64,000 nt of DNA from NCBI RefSeq assembly GCF_009914755.1, contig NC_060935.1, one strand, 5' to 3'. A program made the position numbers and the translations under genes. How positions within the stretch are numbered: position 1 is the stretch's first letter; each line of letters starts with the position of its first letter. This document shows positions 45,810 to 58,700 of this stretch, one piece after another. Source of the DNA: the human T2T-CHM13v2.0 reference genome, Homo sapiens. The notes beneath the pieces are model-generated. The model was not told where the DNA came from and ran no database searches. It was given only the letters and a program-made list of their open reading frames with translations.

Positions 45810-48800
45810 GAAATTCCATGGGCGTAAACCCATTTATGTACTTTTGCTTTGAAAAGATTACTTGATCAGGAGCAATGCTGTTTGGAATACTGTCACGGTG
45901 CATAATTGTGATTGACTTTCTGCAAAATAGCACAGTCTACAGGGTTGTGAAGGGTGATGCAGGCAACATCATTGTGTCAGGAAAGATTATCCATATTCAG
46001 AATATATGTGTATGTTTTAGGGAAGATGAATATCTGACCCCTCACAATGGAAAAGTTCCAACATAAGCAACCTACCAGTTGACTGGCTGATTCTACGCTA
46101 GCCTGGGAAATGGTATTCCAGCAGGGGTTCAGGATTGGTCTCTTCTGTTGGCAGACTGGACACTCAGCAATAGCAGTAACTAGGTCAGATTTGGTAAGAT
46201 AAAGTCCAAGTTTTGAACCATGGGACAGTCTTTATCCCTGCCACCAGGGACACTTTGTACATGGGTCCATTGATCTTGTAATGAATTGATTGGGGAAAAG
46301 AAGTAACTGGCATATGTGTAATTTTGTCCACTGGCATATTGACAATGTATTAAATTGAACATGCTGAAATGTTCACTTTGGTGAACATACACATGGGACA
46401 GAGATATCTTCATAGCTATGTGCCCACTGTGAGAGGCCCATCCGCATGTCTGTCCCAGACAATCATGTTACTAATATCCCAATCATATTCATTCTGTCTG
46501 TGACCCTCCAGCAAAACCATCAGTAATTCTCTATGATCCAGCCTTCCCTCAGTCCAGGAAATGTAGGCAACCAAATATACCATTTGAACTTATGCTCATA
46601 TGGAATAGTTTGCTGCTGTCATTTACAGTCATGTTTGAGTCTCTATTGCTGCATCCACCCACTTGGGTTTCTCCCTATATTTTCTGTCTGAGGAACTCCT
46701 CATTCTCTAGCTTGCATATTTTACTAAGTCATCTAAAGTACTTGTTATTTTCTGTTTATCAGATTCAATCGTCAATATAGTGGACCACTGTGATATTTTG
46801 CGGAATGTTGAGATGGTCAGCATCTCTATGAACTGTATTATGGCGGAAGGTGAGAACTGTCTTAGTTGTGAGTTAATATACCTTACCTTACAAAGGTATA
46901 TTCTTGGTCCTTCCAGGTAAAATAACACTGTTTTTGGTGGTCCTTCCACATTGATAGGGAGAAAAAGCATTAGCTAGGTCAATAGCTGCATACCAAGTGC
47001 CAGGGGCCACGTTGATTTACTCAAGCAAAGATGTTACATCTAGAACAAGAGCTGCAATTAGATTTACTACCTAATGAAGTTTGTGATAATCGAGTCTTTT
47101 CCCATATCCATCTAACTTTTTCACGGGCCAGTCACATGATTAAGTGAGATTATGATAGGTATCAACACCCTTGCATTTTGGAAATATTTGAAGTTGGCAG
47201 AAATCTCTGAAATTTCCCCCAAAGTGTAATATTGCTTTCGATGTATTATTTCAGTTGTTATGCAAGTTCCAGGATCTTCCATTTGGTTCTTCCTACTATG
47301 GACATTACCCTTTGGGTCAAAAAACCAATTTATATATTCTACCAGTTTCTGAATATGTCTGTTTTAACTATACCATCAGGCCCTGTTGAGAAACACATAC
47401 AGGGTGGATCTATGTACTTACTGGATCCACTGTCATTCACATTTGGGCAGACTCCATTGGTTATCTGACTACCATAAACCCCTACTTTAACTGGTGAGTC
47501 ACAGTGGCATTTTGGGACCCGAAGAATTACTGATACTTTGTCAATGTCTAGTAATGCCCAGAAAGTATTTACTTTTCCCTTGTACACTCTTATTCTAGTA
47601 ACTGGCTGCAGTACCTTTTGGAAAATGGTTGGGGAAATAATTGTTAGATATACTAGTGGCACTGCCGCAGGGCCCTTTCACAAGGAGACCCAGACTGCTC
47701 TTTAAGAGATTCTGTATCCTAAACTGCCTTAGATGTGGAAAGTGAGTTAGAAGTCATGACCAAGCATTGTGGTGACTCAAGTCAGGATTTGGCCATCAGA
47801 CTTAGATTTTTCTTTTCTGGTACATTTCAATAACGTTCTTGCAGTCTTCCCACCTGTTTCATTCTTAGGGACATTGTAATCAATTAGTCACTCTCAGAGA
47901 TCCCCGAAGGTCAAAACTCTGCTGCTCTTTGTGACAAATGTGTTTATTTTGTCTTTGACAATTAAGTGATGTCACTTGGTCTCTGCTTCTCTAGGAATCC
48001 CATTATTCTCTTTGAAATCAGGAGCCTATCTCAGTTACTATATTTCCCATTGTTATATCTGGCTGACTAAGAAGTAGAACCATGGAGATTCTCAAGGACG
48101 AGAGTGCTGCCCTTAGAAATGTATTTGGCAACGAATAGTGGAGAAATTATCTCCTGGGTCTTCTTGGTGGATGGCTGGGTATATCATAGGTTAATCCACA
48201 CCAACATTCCCATCTTCATAAACTTTGAATTCATTCCTGCTCATCATTTCAGGGAAGCACTAACAGCTCCTCCTTATTAAACATATCCCACCATTAAGTC
48301 TTAATTTCAGTCCACCAACCAAGTAGGACATCAGAACCACTTCCAGGTGCATAAGCCAATTCATTAAATTCAGATTACTCAGCAACTGCACTCATATAAA
48401 TGCATTTTGCTTGATCTGGTGTTATATTCCACTTTCCTTGGTTTAATAGCTATAGAATTAACTACAAAACACATATCCCAGGATTTTGCTGACAGATACT
48501 ACACAACTTTGCAATTCTTTGGAGTATAATCTCTTCCCTCTTGGGCCAAGCTGTGTAACTGACACGTGGAGAATATCCTTACAAGGAATCGGCCCCAGGT
48601 GAGGTTATCACAGAGTTTTCAAGCAAAGGAAGGAAGGAAGACCTTTTCGGACACAGGAGTGAAAGCTACTTCTGCTGGTCAGGGAGGTTCAATGTGCCTC
48701 AGGGATTTGAGATGCTCTGTTTCATTTGAGTCCAACAGGATGTCCTCATTCAGAATTGTAGTGGCATGTTGTTTTTAAATCAATGTCCTAATGCTCACAT

Positions 48801-49259
48801 GTGAAACTTGTGAAGGTTGTAAATTTAACTGATATTTGATTCTGTAACCTGCATAACTAAATTTAGTATTTGATTTTTTGGCAATATAATCAATAAAATA
48901 TCTCTATTATTTTTGTTTTATTTATTTTGGGGGTTTTTGTTTGTTTTTCCTATTAGTGCTCAAATATACTCAGGATATTCTGTTCCAAAACATGGTCCTT
49001 ATAGTTATTTTCACTGCAGATAAGTGCAGCAGTCACATGGGCATCCAAGGCACCTATTTCAGTTGGAACGTCATCACAGTTAAGTATGTAATAACATGAC
49101 TAATTGTGATGCCACTGCTTGGCATGAATTATCAGCATACCTTTTTGCACTGGCAAGTAGTAACTCAGGGCTGTATTGAATTTCAAGGGAAGGACCAATC
49201 CTATCCCCCAATCCCACCTTTGAGTGTCTGCCTCCTGGGACTACTTTTGGTACCCATTT
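45810..49259 (-). mobile_element. ERVL internal region remnant (gag-pro-pol), degraded and 3'-truncated
   Basis: Protease-region ORF 47339-47662 (ALLD..PKCHCDSPVKVGVYGSQITNGV, similar to ERVL LLDTG..PKRHCGPPVRVGAYGGQVINGV); RT TWYAAIDL 46975-46998 and YIDD 46768-46779. Confidence 0.88.
49238..49256 (-). promoter_or_regulatory. Degenerate ERVL primer-binding site (tRNA-Leu type)
   Basis: Minus strand tgggtaccaaaagtagtcc directly after the LTR end ..gataCA; resembles ERVL TGGTACCAGGAGTGG. Confidence 0.55.
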
Positions 49260-49982
49260 TGTATCTTTCGGGGTCCAATCATAGAAAATCACACCAATAA
49301 TTTGGAGACAGAAAATTCAGTATAAGAAAAATTAATTGGTAAAATTAGTTAAAAGTGTAATGGAGTACTTTAGGTGGTATAGAAGTAGCAAGTTCAGAAA
49401 GCAGCTGCTTCCTCTGGGATTGTAGGATGGTGAGTAAAGAGACTAAGAACTTAGCAAATCTCTCTTACTCCAAGACTGCGATTCAGACCTTTTTGGAGAG
49501 GATGGCTGAAACAGGAAAACATAGCCTGATGGTGCCAAAGAAATTTGCCAGAGACTACAGGCCAGAGTTGGTTCATAAGTGTGGTTCTCCATGTGGCTGG
49601 AAACAGTTTCCAGAGGTTGCTGGCTGGAGCTGGTATATAGAATCAGCCAGATGGGTGGTTGGAGAGGCTTATTGGAGAGTAGAGGCCATAGTTCTGTGAG
49701 GGTCATTAAGAACAATACTACTGGGCCACTCACATGTAATCTGCGGGAAACAAAACAGCACTCTGGTGTCTGGAAAAGAAGTTTTCTCTATAATGGCTTT
49801 ACAATTATTACCCTCTGTTGTCAATGGAGTAATGGTATTACTCCATTACCCTCTGTTGTCAAAGCCTAACAGCAAACTGTCTGGCAAAGGAAAGATGTTT
49901 ATTCGACACACTCTAGTATCACAAAGCAAGGAAAAGAAGAGTAGATTTGGAGCTGAGATAAATTGGTAAGATAACCAGTATA
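49260..49982 (-). mobile_element. 5' LTR of the ERVL provirus (LTR33/LTR78-like)
   Basis: Minus strand starts tatactggttatc..tctcagctccaaatctactcttc..gctttgtgatact and ends gattggaccccgaaagataCA, abutting the PBS. Confidence 0.75.
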
Positions 49983-50550
49983 GTTTTGGACATTGGGATT
50001 GAGGTGCCTATAAGACGTCAACATAGATAATTAGCAAACCTTTAGATATGGTGTTCTGAAAAATCTCAGGGCTTTTAATGTAGGTGGTGGTGTTATCCGC
50101 ATAAGAGTGTTTGAGATCTCCAAGGAGAGCATACAGAGGAGAGGCTAATGGGCTAACACAAGAGCCAAAGGAAGCACCATTCCTTAAGGGCTGGTCAGAG
50201 AGGATGTGAAGCCCCAAAAGAAGGGCTAGAAGAAGTGACAGTAGGACAGGTAGGGGTGATAGGTTTCATGGAGGCTCAAAGATTAGAGGCGCAAAGAAGT
50301 GAGAGTGATCACCACGGTCAAATTTAGCAGAAGAAACCAGCAAGAAAAGACATGAGTAAAGGCAATACTCCTGATTAAAAGAAATCTGGAATAAGATGAA
50401 TCTAAGTTTTATTTAGAGAGATATACGATAATTTCAAGAAGTTTAGCTGAAAACAATAGACAGGATGCAGCAATCTGGGGGCATGATGCAAGTGGCTGCT
50501 GAATGGTCAAATGAAATAGATTACTTTTTCATAGGAAAAACATGAACATG
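49983..50550 (-). mobile_element. L2 fragment
   Basis: agttttggacattg..ttgaggtgccta...tttcaagaagtttagctg. Confidence 0.7.
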
Positions 50551-50554
50551 TTTT

Positions 50555-50725
50555 AGCCTGCAGATGTCTTTTGTTTGGATCACATTATGTTCCTTTGAAA
50601 AAAATGGAGCCTTCAGTGTCTGAAGGCGGAGATCATGAATTCCCTATTATATTTTATCCATCTTGAAACATTCATTTATGTTACCTGCTTTGCCCTGCAC
50701 ATTTTAGAATACTGACATTTGGGCT
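50555..50725 (-). mobile_element. hAT MITE fragment (MER102-like)
   Basis: cattcatttatgttacctgctttgccctg matches the MER102 end in reverse. Confidence 0.55.
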
Positions 50726-51306
50726 GCATATTTCTTAAATTTAAATTAATGGAAAAAAGGAGATTATTAGTCATTTTTCCAGAAAAGCAATTTATAACAT
50801 AATTGATAAAATGACTGTTGGAACAAAAAAGAATTTGAAATGATTGGCCTTCATTTAATGTTTGTGTCCTCAGACCAGTGCTGTCCTAAGATGAGAAAGG
50901 GTAGATGACTTTCTCAAGATCACACAGTCAGTAAGTGGCAGATCTGTGGTTAAAACTGAAGCTTTTATTCCTTGTACTCTTAAGACTATTAGTCTGCATT
51001 CCCATCCTGACACTCTCTTAAGTATCTAGTTTCAAAAGAAAATGTGGACAAAAGAGAAACCTTATGAAAAAATAAAATTAAGTCTTTTAGGAATTGAGCA
51101 GAACATTATTTCACTGTTCTTCTTTTTCAACCTAGAGAATGTTTCCTGTGTGTTATCAAATAAGTCAAAGCTCTGGCTAGCAATTTGCTATCCCTGGGGT
51201 TTAAACTCAGTAATATATCTGATTTTAACCGTACCTTAAAGCATCTCTTGGTCTATGTCTTCTTTCAGCCACCAAAATAATGTGGTTAATAAGAAAATTG
51301 TTCTTT

Positions 51307-52052
51307 TTTAAAAAATAAATTATATTGTGTGTATTTGAGGTTTACAACATGATGTCATTAAATACATATAAATACAGAGATACATATAAACACGTAGATA
51401 GTACAATGGTTACTACAGTGAAGCGGATTAACACATCTATTACATAATTAATGTTTATATGACAAGAATAGCTAAAATTACTAATTTAAAAAATATAGAT
51501 TTTAAAATCCCCGAAGCAATATAGTTTTATTAACTTTAGTCCCAATGTTGTACATTAGACCTCTAGACGTATGCATCCTATATATTTGTTTTCTTTGACC
51601 TACAGCTCCCTATTTTCTCTCCTCCACCCTACCTATGGTAATCACTGTTTTTCTCTATTTCTGTATATTTCAGTGGTTTAAAATACACATACAAGCGAGA
51701 TTATGCAATATTTTCAGGGGAGGGGAGTCTGGCTTATTTCACATACCGTACCATCCTCCAGCTCCATCCATGTAGCAAATGACAGGGTCTTCTTTTTTAA
51801 GGCTGTATAATATTTGTGTGTGTGTGTGTGTGTTTGTGTGTGTGTGTATCACATTTTCTTTATCCATTCATCTGTCAATGGGCATTTAGTTTGTGAACGT
51901 TGGTTGTCATGAATGATGCTGCAATACACATGGGAATACAGATATCCTTATGAGGTGGTGATTTCGTTTTTTGGGGGAGTATATACCCAGAAAAGGGATT
52001 GTTGGGTTATATAGCAGTTATATTTTAATTTGCTTAAAAACCTCTGTACTAT
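51307..52052 (-). mobile_element. L1MA 3' end, 5'-truncated
   Basis: tatttgaggtttacaacatgatg...tgttgtacattagacctctagac...; TSD gaaaattgttcttt (51293-306) / gaacattgttcttt (52053-66); internal (GT)n 51815-51847. Confidence 0.9.
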
Positions 52053-52434
52053 GAACATTGTTCTTTAATCAGCAACATTGCTACTTGTCTGTCACTAACA
52101 AAAATAAGAATAAAGGAGGCACTGTTGGTAAATTGCTTTGAGATCATTAGGTGCTAGTGGAAAGCAAAATATCAGAAATCTCAATTTTTTTTTTACCTCC
52201 CTTCTCTCAGGAATGTGTATTTCTCAGTGTGGCAATACATAGAAAACCAAGGAAATGAATATCAAGCTACTGAAAGGAGAGGCAAAGGCTTAAATTGCTT
52301 TTGCAATAATTTTTATCAAGACAGGAAGGGAATGAAAATGCCTGTCACCAACTGGTGAATAACTGGTTTCTCTGACAAGTCTCACTAAGATCCAGCTTGC
52401 CCACTTTTTGCACCTCATTTTTCAAATGAAATTC

Positions 52435-52700
52435 AGAGACAGTAGAGTGTAGTAGTTAAGACAATATTTCTAGGGAGAACCAGGAGTAGGTTTGATACCA
52501 GGAGCAGCCCGTCACTATCAGTAAAAACTTGAGAAAATGATAATTTCTTTGAGGGTTGATTTCTACCATTATCAAATGGGAATAAAACCATTTCTAGTTT
52601 TTAAGACCAGACTAAGAAATCGATGAAAAATGAATATTAGGTGCCTGGCAAAGTACCTAGAGAGTTTCATAAGCATTTAACGTATGTTGTTATTATTTAT
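52435..52700 (+). mobile_element. MIR
   Basis: gacagtagagtgtagtagttaaga...aaatgggaataa...gtgcctggca. Confidence 0.6.
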
Positions 52701-52869
52701 TAATATTATTGCTATAGGTAATAACAATTCTAGTAATGATAATAATGATATAGTACTTACTGTGTCACTATCCTGTATAAAACTTTTCAGTGACTGCACT
52801 CATGAAAGAAGGTTAAAGCTCAAATAGTATGGATTCAGGGTCATGAAATTAGTCATTTTCAGATTATGT

Positions 52870-52905
<36 letters not shown>
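52870..52905. repeat. (CA)n microsatellite inside L2-like sequence
   Basis: Dinucleotide run with one interruption. Confidence 0.95.
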
Positions 52906-53499
52906 TTTTATAGGTAGAGTCTTCATAGAAATCTAGGTTGGATTTCTCATCATTCCCAAATATGTCACATCTTTTTGTACTTCTGTGGTAGTTGTTTCTA
53001 GTGTTTACTTCACCTATTAAGAAAGCCCTTAATTCTATTGCTATTTGAATAAAATCTTACTCTTCAATCAAGGCATCTCTTACAAAAACATTTCTAATCT
53101 CCAAAATGGCAATTTTCTTAGTCGTTCTTGCCTGGGTTCACTGTATAAACAATTTCTCTTAGCTATTTAATTGTAAGTCTCTAGGATCATGGACTATGTC
53201 ATCTTGATCTGTGTATCACCTAAGCATTGGGACGGTGCTTAGCAAATAGTAACAATGCCATGCAATCTGTGAAAAGAGCAAGTTCTATTTCTCTTTAGCA
53301 GAAGAGGGCAGTCTATCTCTGCTTCACTGGCCTTTTGCTGCCCCTTTTTATCAAGTTTTCTTAGTTGACTGTTTGGCTGGTTGTCTCCGCTGGTTGTAGT
53401 TGGGTAGAGGACGTGGTGTTTTATGACTATATAATCATGATCTGAGGATTAGGAATGTTGGACTGTGTGAAAAGACCAAGAAAGGAGTGATATGAAGGC

Positions 53500-53700
53500 A
53501 CCCAAGGCTTACAAAGCAGATACCATGTTTTAACTCTGACATTTATGTTCCCCAGACTTCCTGAGCTTCTGTTTCCTTACCTGAGAAAAAGAATAGTTAG
53601 TTTTATCTTCTAGAATTCAATAAAGGATTAAATGAGATAAAATGTGAAGCAACTTGTGCAGATCTTGGCACTCAATAGATTGTACTTAATACAAGTTACT
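53500..53700 (+). mobile_element. MIR
   Basis: ctgagcttctgtttccttacctgagaaaa...ggattaaatgagataa. Confidence 0.65.
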
Positions 53701-54827
53701 TTTCCCCTCTTTTCTCCTGAGAGGTATCTAGATATAACTTATCATCAGAAGATCAGATTCTTATCCATCCTATAGATAAGATACTCAAAGTATAGATTAT
53801 TTTTATGAATATAGGTCACTTGATGATTGAAAATGATCAAATGTACAGATGATAAACTAGAATTGATAGAGAACACAGTGTTCATAAGGCATAAATATAT
53901 CATTGAACAAGTACTCATTAATCTCTTAATAATGTCAGTCACAAAACCAGAGGTGAGTAAGATTAAGGTGTCAACCTTATGATATGGCTCTTTTAACTTC
54001 TAAGTTCTTGGTTTTTCGAGTGACACAAAATCAATTGAAGCCTGACAGCTGTTTGGTAAGCTATGTAAAATGAATTTTGTGAGTCAGCTGAAATCCTAAT
54101 GGTAATGTCTTCAAAGTAGCGGATATATCTGATAGGTCTGATTTGTTACCAGTTATTGCAGGCTAGTCTAGCAATTTGGCTAAAAAAAGAACTGGGGGTG
54201 GACAGTTAGGGAGAAGCATTCCTGTTATCAACTAACGCAGGTCTGATGAGATTTTTCTTTTCTTAAAAATATCAGAACATTATTTATAAAATGTATTAAA
54301 TATTAATAATGTATGTATTTACATTACAAACAAGCATAACAATGCACTCTGATCCTTTTTGTTAGGTTATATTCTTCCTGTTATATGCATTTAGAATCTG
54401 TAATACAATTCTGTTAATTCCCCTCAACCCCATCTCTTCCTAGGAATATACCTTCTCAATTTTCATAGTCTTCTTTTTGTGCCCTGCTAATGATCAAATC
54501 ATAGCAGACGATTTCTCTTCCTTCTAATCCATTCTAATTAAAGCAACGATTATTGTTTCCCTAAATTATTTTAATCAGATTGCTCCCTACACAGGAAACC
54601 ACTGTAGCTCCTAATTAGCTCTTGAATCAAACTCTTCAGCACCTGCCCCCAAGGCCTTCAACTCCTGTTGCTCGTTTATGCTGGTTTTATTCCATGATAC
54701 ACATTCAGGTAGAATAAACCTTCTTTTTCTTCACACACACTTGGCTCACTTCTGTCTGTGAGGTTTGAGGCTTCTTTTTTCTCCTTTTAAATATGTACTC
54801 TTTTTCCATTATACGAAGTTGTATCCC

Positions 54828-55358
54828 TGTTGTGCTGAACCCCAATAAGGGGTTAACCTCAATAAGGAAGGAACCAGATTCAAGAGGCAGAAGAGACCCA
54901 GAGCCAGTACAGAAGACATGGGGTTGTGTTGGGTGTTTACATACAGGAGAGAGAGGCCAGTGGCAGCAGGCTGGACAAGAGAATTACTTTATGTGCAGAA
55001 ACTGGCCAGCAGTGGCCAGCATAACCACATGGCCCAGGGGTGGTGGGCTGGACAGGAAAACTGCAACCACCTGCAAATATCATGCATTTTATACAACGTT
55101 TTCACTTAACACCCTTCGCCTAACAGCCTCCACTTGGCAACCTTCATTTAACCTGAAACTCAGGGCTTCAGTCCCTTGTATGGCCCATGTTCCATGGGAT
55201 GGGCCAGTGACTCAGATGTTCCTCATGAACAGGGAATGAATCTCCAGGTTGGCCATACCTGGATTCCCTAGCTCCATAACACATTCAGATGTGTTTGCCA
55301 GAGAGTGTTGTTCTAAGGGTATGCTTAAGTTATTGCTGTCAGGTGTGTTTACTCTACA
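54828..55358 (-). mobile_element. Solo LTR (LTR32-like, ERVL class)
   Basis: Minus strand TGTAGAGTAAACACACCTGACAGCAATAACTTAAGCATACCCTTAGAA ... cagcacaaCA; degenerate 5-bp TSD atccc / gtctc. Confidence 0.75.
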
Positions 55359-55524
55359 GTCTCCATCCACCTTCAGAATTTTTTTCCTCGAAATTCACTG
55401 TCTTATTGTTTTCTCTGATGAACTATCCTAAATTGTGGTTAATTCCTTAACTGTAGCATTTTTTTAGTTTTTTTTTTTTTAAACACAGAGTTCTGCAAGG
55501 CTGAAACACACACAGAGTTCTTAG

Positions 55525-55745
55525 CTTACTTTATTTTAGGCTCTCTTCAAGCACTTTAGATGTGTGCTAAAAAATTTATACAACTCTCTATAGGATATGC
55601 CTTCCTTAAGTGATTTTACTGATAATAAAAATGAGACAGAGAGTTAACAGGCTCAAAGTAATTGGCTAGAAAGTTTTAAAGGTAGATTCTGAAGGAGGCC
55701 CTCTGGCTTTAGGGTGTGTGCTTTTTATCACCAAACTCTACCATA
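55525..55745 (-). mobile_element. MIR
   Basis: gattttactgataataaaaatgagacagagagttaa antisense MIR core. Confidence 0.55.
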
Positions 55746-58700
55746 GTCAAATTAGCTTACATTCATGTGTGCATTTTCTCTGTTGGAGGCTTTATGTGTT
55801 AGTTATATTTGCTCATTTACCTCCCATAATTGATGGCAGAGTCCAGAGGTCAGAAACTATACAGATCAATTCCATATCTAGAAGTATTCTGTTCACAGAG
55901 TAGAATCTCAAAACACACTGCTGCCAAGCCTACTAGCTAATATTTCAGCAGAGTTTTTTTCTCTGATCAACTTTTACACTAGAGCTTTAATTTTTAATGT
56001 TGTTTTCCTTCAAACTTCAGGAAGTTCAGAAGTCAGCCCTCTACAAAAGTCTGAAGTTGTTTTATCATGACTACATACCACATATGCAACATTGAGCCAA
56101 TCACTGGGATTAAATTTAAAAAAATCCTTATTTGATGGAAATAGCTACTGTATTGGAGGACGAGTATTATACCAAAAAAGGGCAAACTTTTCTTTGATTA
56201 TAATTGCTATAAAATATACTTAATTATAATTTTAATTGCAATTGAATTATAGTTTTTATAAATGGTCTGAGGAGGCACACAGGGAATTATGGGATTACAT
56301 CATAAAGAGACTTAGTTGGGGGATATTAAAAATTGTTCATTGAGAAGGCAACATGTAAGGCTAGAGGTTAATGGAAGTTGGCTAGGTAAAAGAGAAGAGG
56401 ACATGGAGTAGCATTTTACACCAAAGAATAGCACATGGGCTGGTCCTAAAAGAAATTAGGAATTAGAACATTTGAGGAGCTAAAAAAAAAAAAAAAAAAG
56501 AGGCTAGAAAATACAGGGCTTTGTGGACCATAGTAATAATAATTGTGTTTAATCATAAGAAAAGCATTCTTTTTTTGCAAATTCTTCTCCTTCAGATGTT
56601 TCATCCAAAAGTTTCTCATCATTGTCATTGTGAGGGTGATGGGAGGGTGGGCAAGGAGGAGTGTGCAGGTGGTGGTATGTAAAGGAGACAGTGAAAGAAT
56701 TATTAACGGTGCATGTGTGTTAATGGGAAAAGCAATTCCAGTCCTGTAAATTTGTTACATAATTCTTTAATCAAGTGGCCAGCCATTCTATCCCATAAAT
56801 CAATTGAAAACTTAAAGAATCCTAAATTCTTTCACTTATTTTTCACTTTAAGGAAAAAAAAACACGTTATCTAGATTTTTCTTTACATATCATGAATCAT
56901 GCGGTGCTTGAACCTGCCACTTCAAGCCATGATTTATAATATGCCTAATTGCTTTCCTTTCCCTCCTCACAGCTGGCAGATGGAATACTGTATCTGTGAC
57001 TGAGCCACATTAGTATTTATGCTGCAAGCAAATGGTGTTACGGTCTGTGGATTTCTCCTTCTTGATCTGAATATCCTCAAGACAATGCAAAATTCTTAAA
57101 AATTTATCTGTTTCCTCTTTTGTCTCTGCTGCCCTCTTAATTTTTATACCAGCACACATGGGATTTGAGCCCCAATCTAAAGGTGAACTTGAGGATTGTG
57201 GTTTGTTTCTGTACAGCTCACAAGATTAGTCACAGAAAATAGAAAATTTGGGAGTGATAATGAGTATATGTACTGCTTGCTTTGAGAAGAGCGTTCATTG
57301 GAATAGTGTTTCGTAGTCTTGGCTCTTCCATGGAATGTGTAGCTACATAATCAGAGTAGATTATTTGTCATTTATTCACCAGATTTTAAAATATCTATTT
57401 GGAGTTTTTGTAGCTCCCAAACAATTTTATTTTTCACTTTTGCTAGTGTTTGTCTTCAGCTTGGACAGAGGTGCTGTGTCTTCCTTAGTTAATGCCCATT
57501 TGTTCTTCAGTTTAGTGGCCTCTGAGATTGAAACATTTGGGAGAAGGAATCTCTGCCACAAGGTATTGATATTAGAGGTGAAATCATGCTCTTCACATGT
57601 AACACCTGCTGATGGAATTTCTGATGGAGATTTTAGTTGCACAAGTCCTGTTAACCTGAATTGACATGCACCAGATGGGTAGAGAAGCAACGAGCAATGC
57701 GAGTTCACTTTCAGGGATAGTGTTTGCTGAGTAAATATTTTTATTTTGGGGATAATTCTTAATAGCATCAGGAAAAAAAAAATTAAACATGTGGATTTTG
57801 AGTTTTGAGGGTAACTCAGGGTATTTTATCATTTTAAAATTAAAATCATTTTTTAATGAACTTCAAATAAGCAGCACAAATAGCTAGATTCTTGAACTTC
57901 CTTTCCTTCCTCCCTACCTCCCTTATTTCCTGCCTTTTTTTTTCTCCCTTCCTCCTTTCTTTTCTTCTTTCCTCCCCCTTATGGTTTTTGTTGTTACCAA
58001 AGTTGTACACACATACGCTATAAGGTGTCAACGAATGTTTTAAGCTTATTATAAAAATCTTCAGTCTCTTAGCTCTCACCACTGACTACCAATCAACTCC
58101 CCCCACCTCCCCACCTCACCTTGTGCCACCACAACTTGTGGCTCTTCCTCTACCCAGGGTAGAACTCTCACTTCATTTGGTTAATGTTTTGGCTTTTATT
58201 TTTAAATCTCTAAATAACATGCTTATATTGACATCTTGATTTTTTCAATTAGATTATTTTGATTTTCCACTATAAAATATGATACAGTCTTTTTCCTTTT
58301 TCACACTTCATTCATCAGCCCCTGCTACAAAAAGAGGAATCTTTCCATGCCCATTCTCTCATCGTAGTTATGTTGTAATTTTTGTCAGATCGATTCAGTG
58401 TTTATAGCATTTTGACTCTGTAAGCTGAGTTACAGCTGAGCCATGATATTTTCTAGGATATATTTACTGACCTGCCCATCTTTTTTATTTGAAAAAGTAA
58501 AAATGTATTTTATAACTAATGGGCACAATTGTAATTTGGCACTAAAGCTTTTAGAATGGTAGATGCACACTTGCTGGGTTTTTCTTGCATGGAGCACCTT
58601 TAGAGCAGCTGTCTCAACCCTGGGGATGTTTCCCTGATGTTTCTGGCACAGGTGTGCTGCCTCTTTCTGACTGTCATAGCTTCTGCCTTAGATTCTGGCT

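Noticed and set aside
54793-55239. 148-aa ORF (also the 135-aa ORF at 24700-25107 and the 109-aa ORF at 8709-9038)
   Set aside because: Each lies almost entirely in a solo LTR with higher GC and has no recognisable domain; chance ORFs.
57335-58082. Cluster of overlapping ORFs in unique sequence
   Set aside because: No splice-bounded coding frame or recognisable motif; one ORF is just the translation of a purine-rich low-complexity tract.
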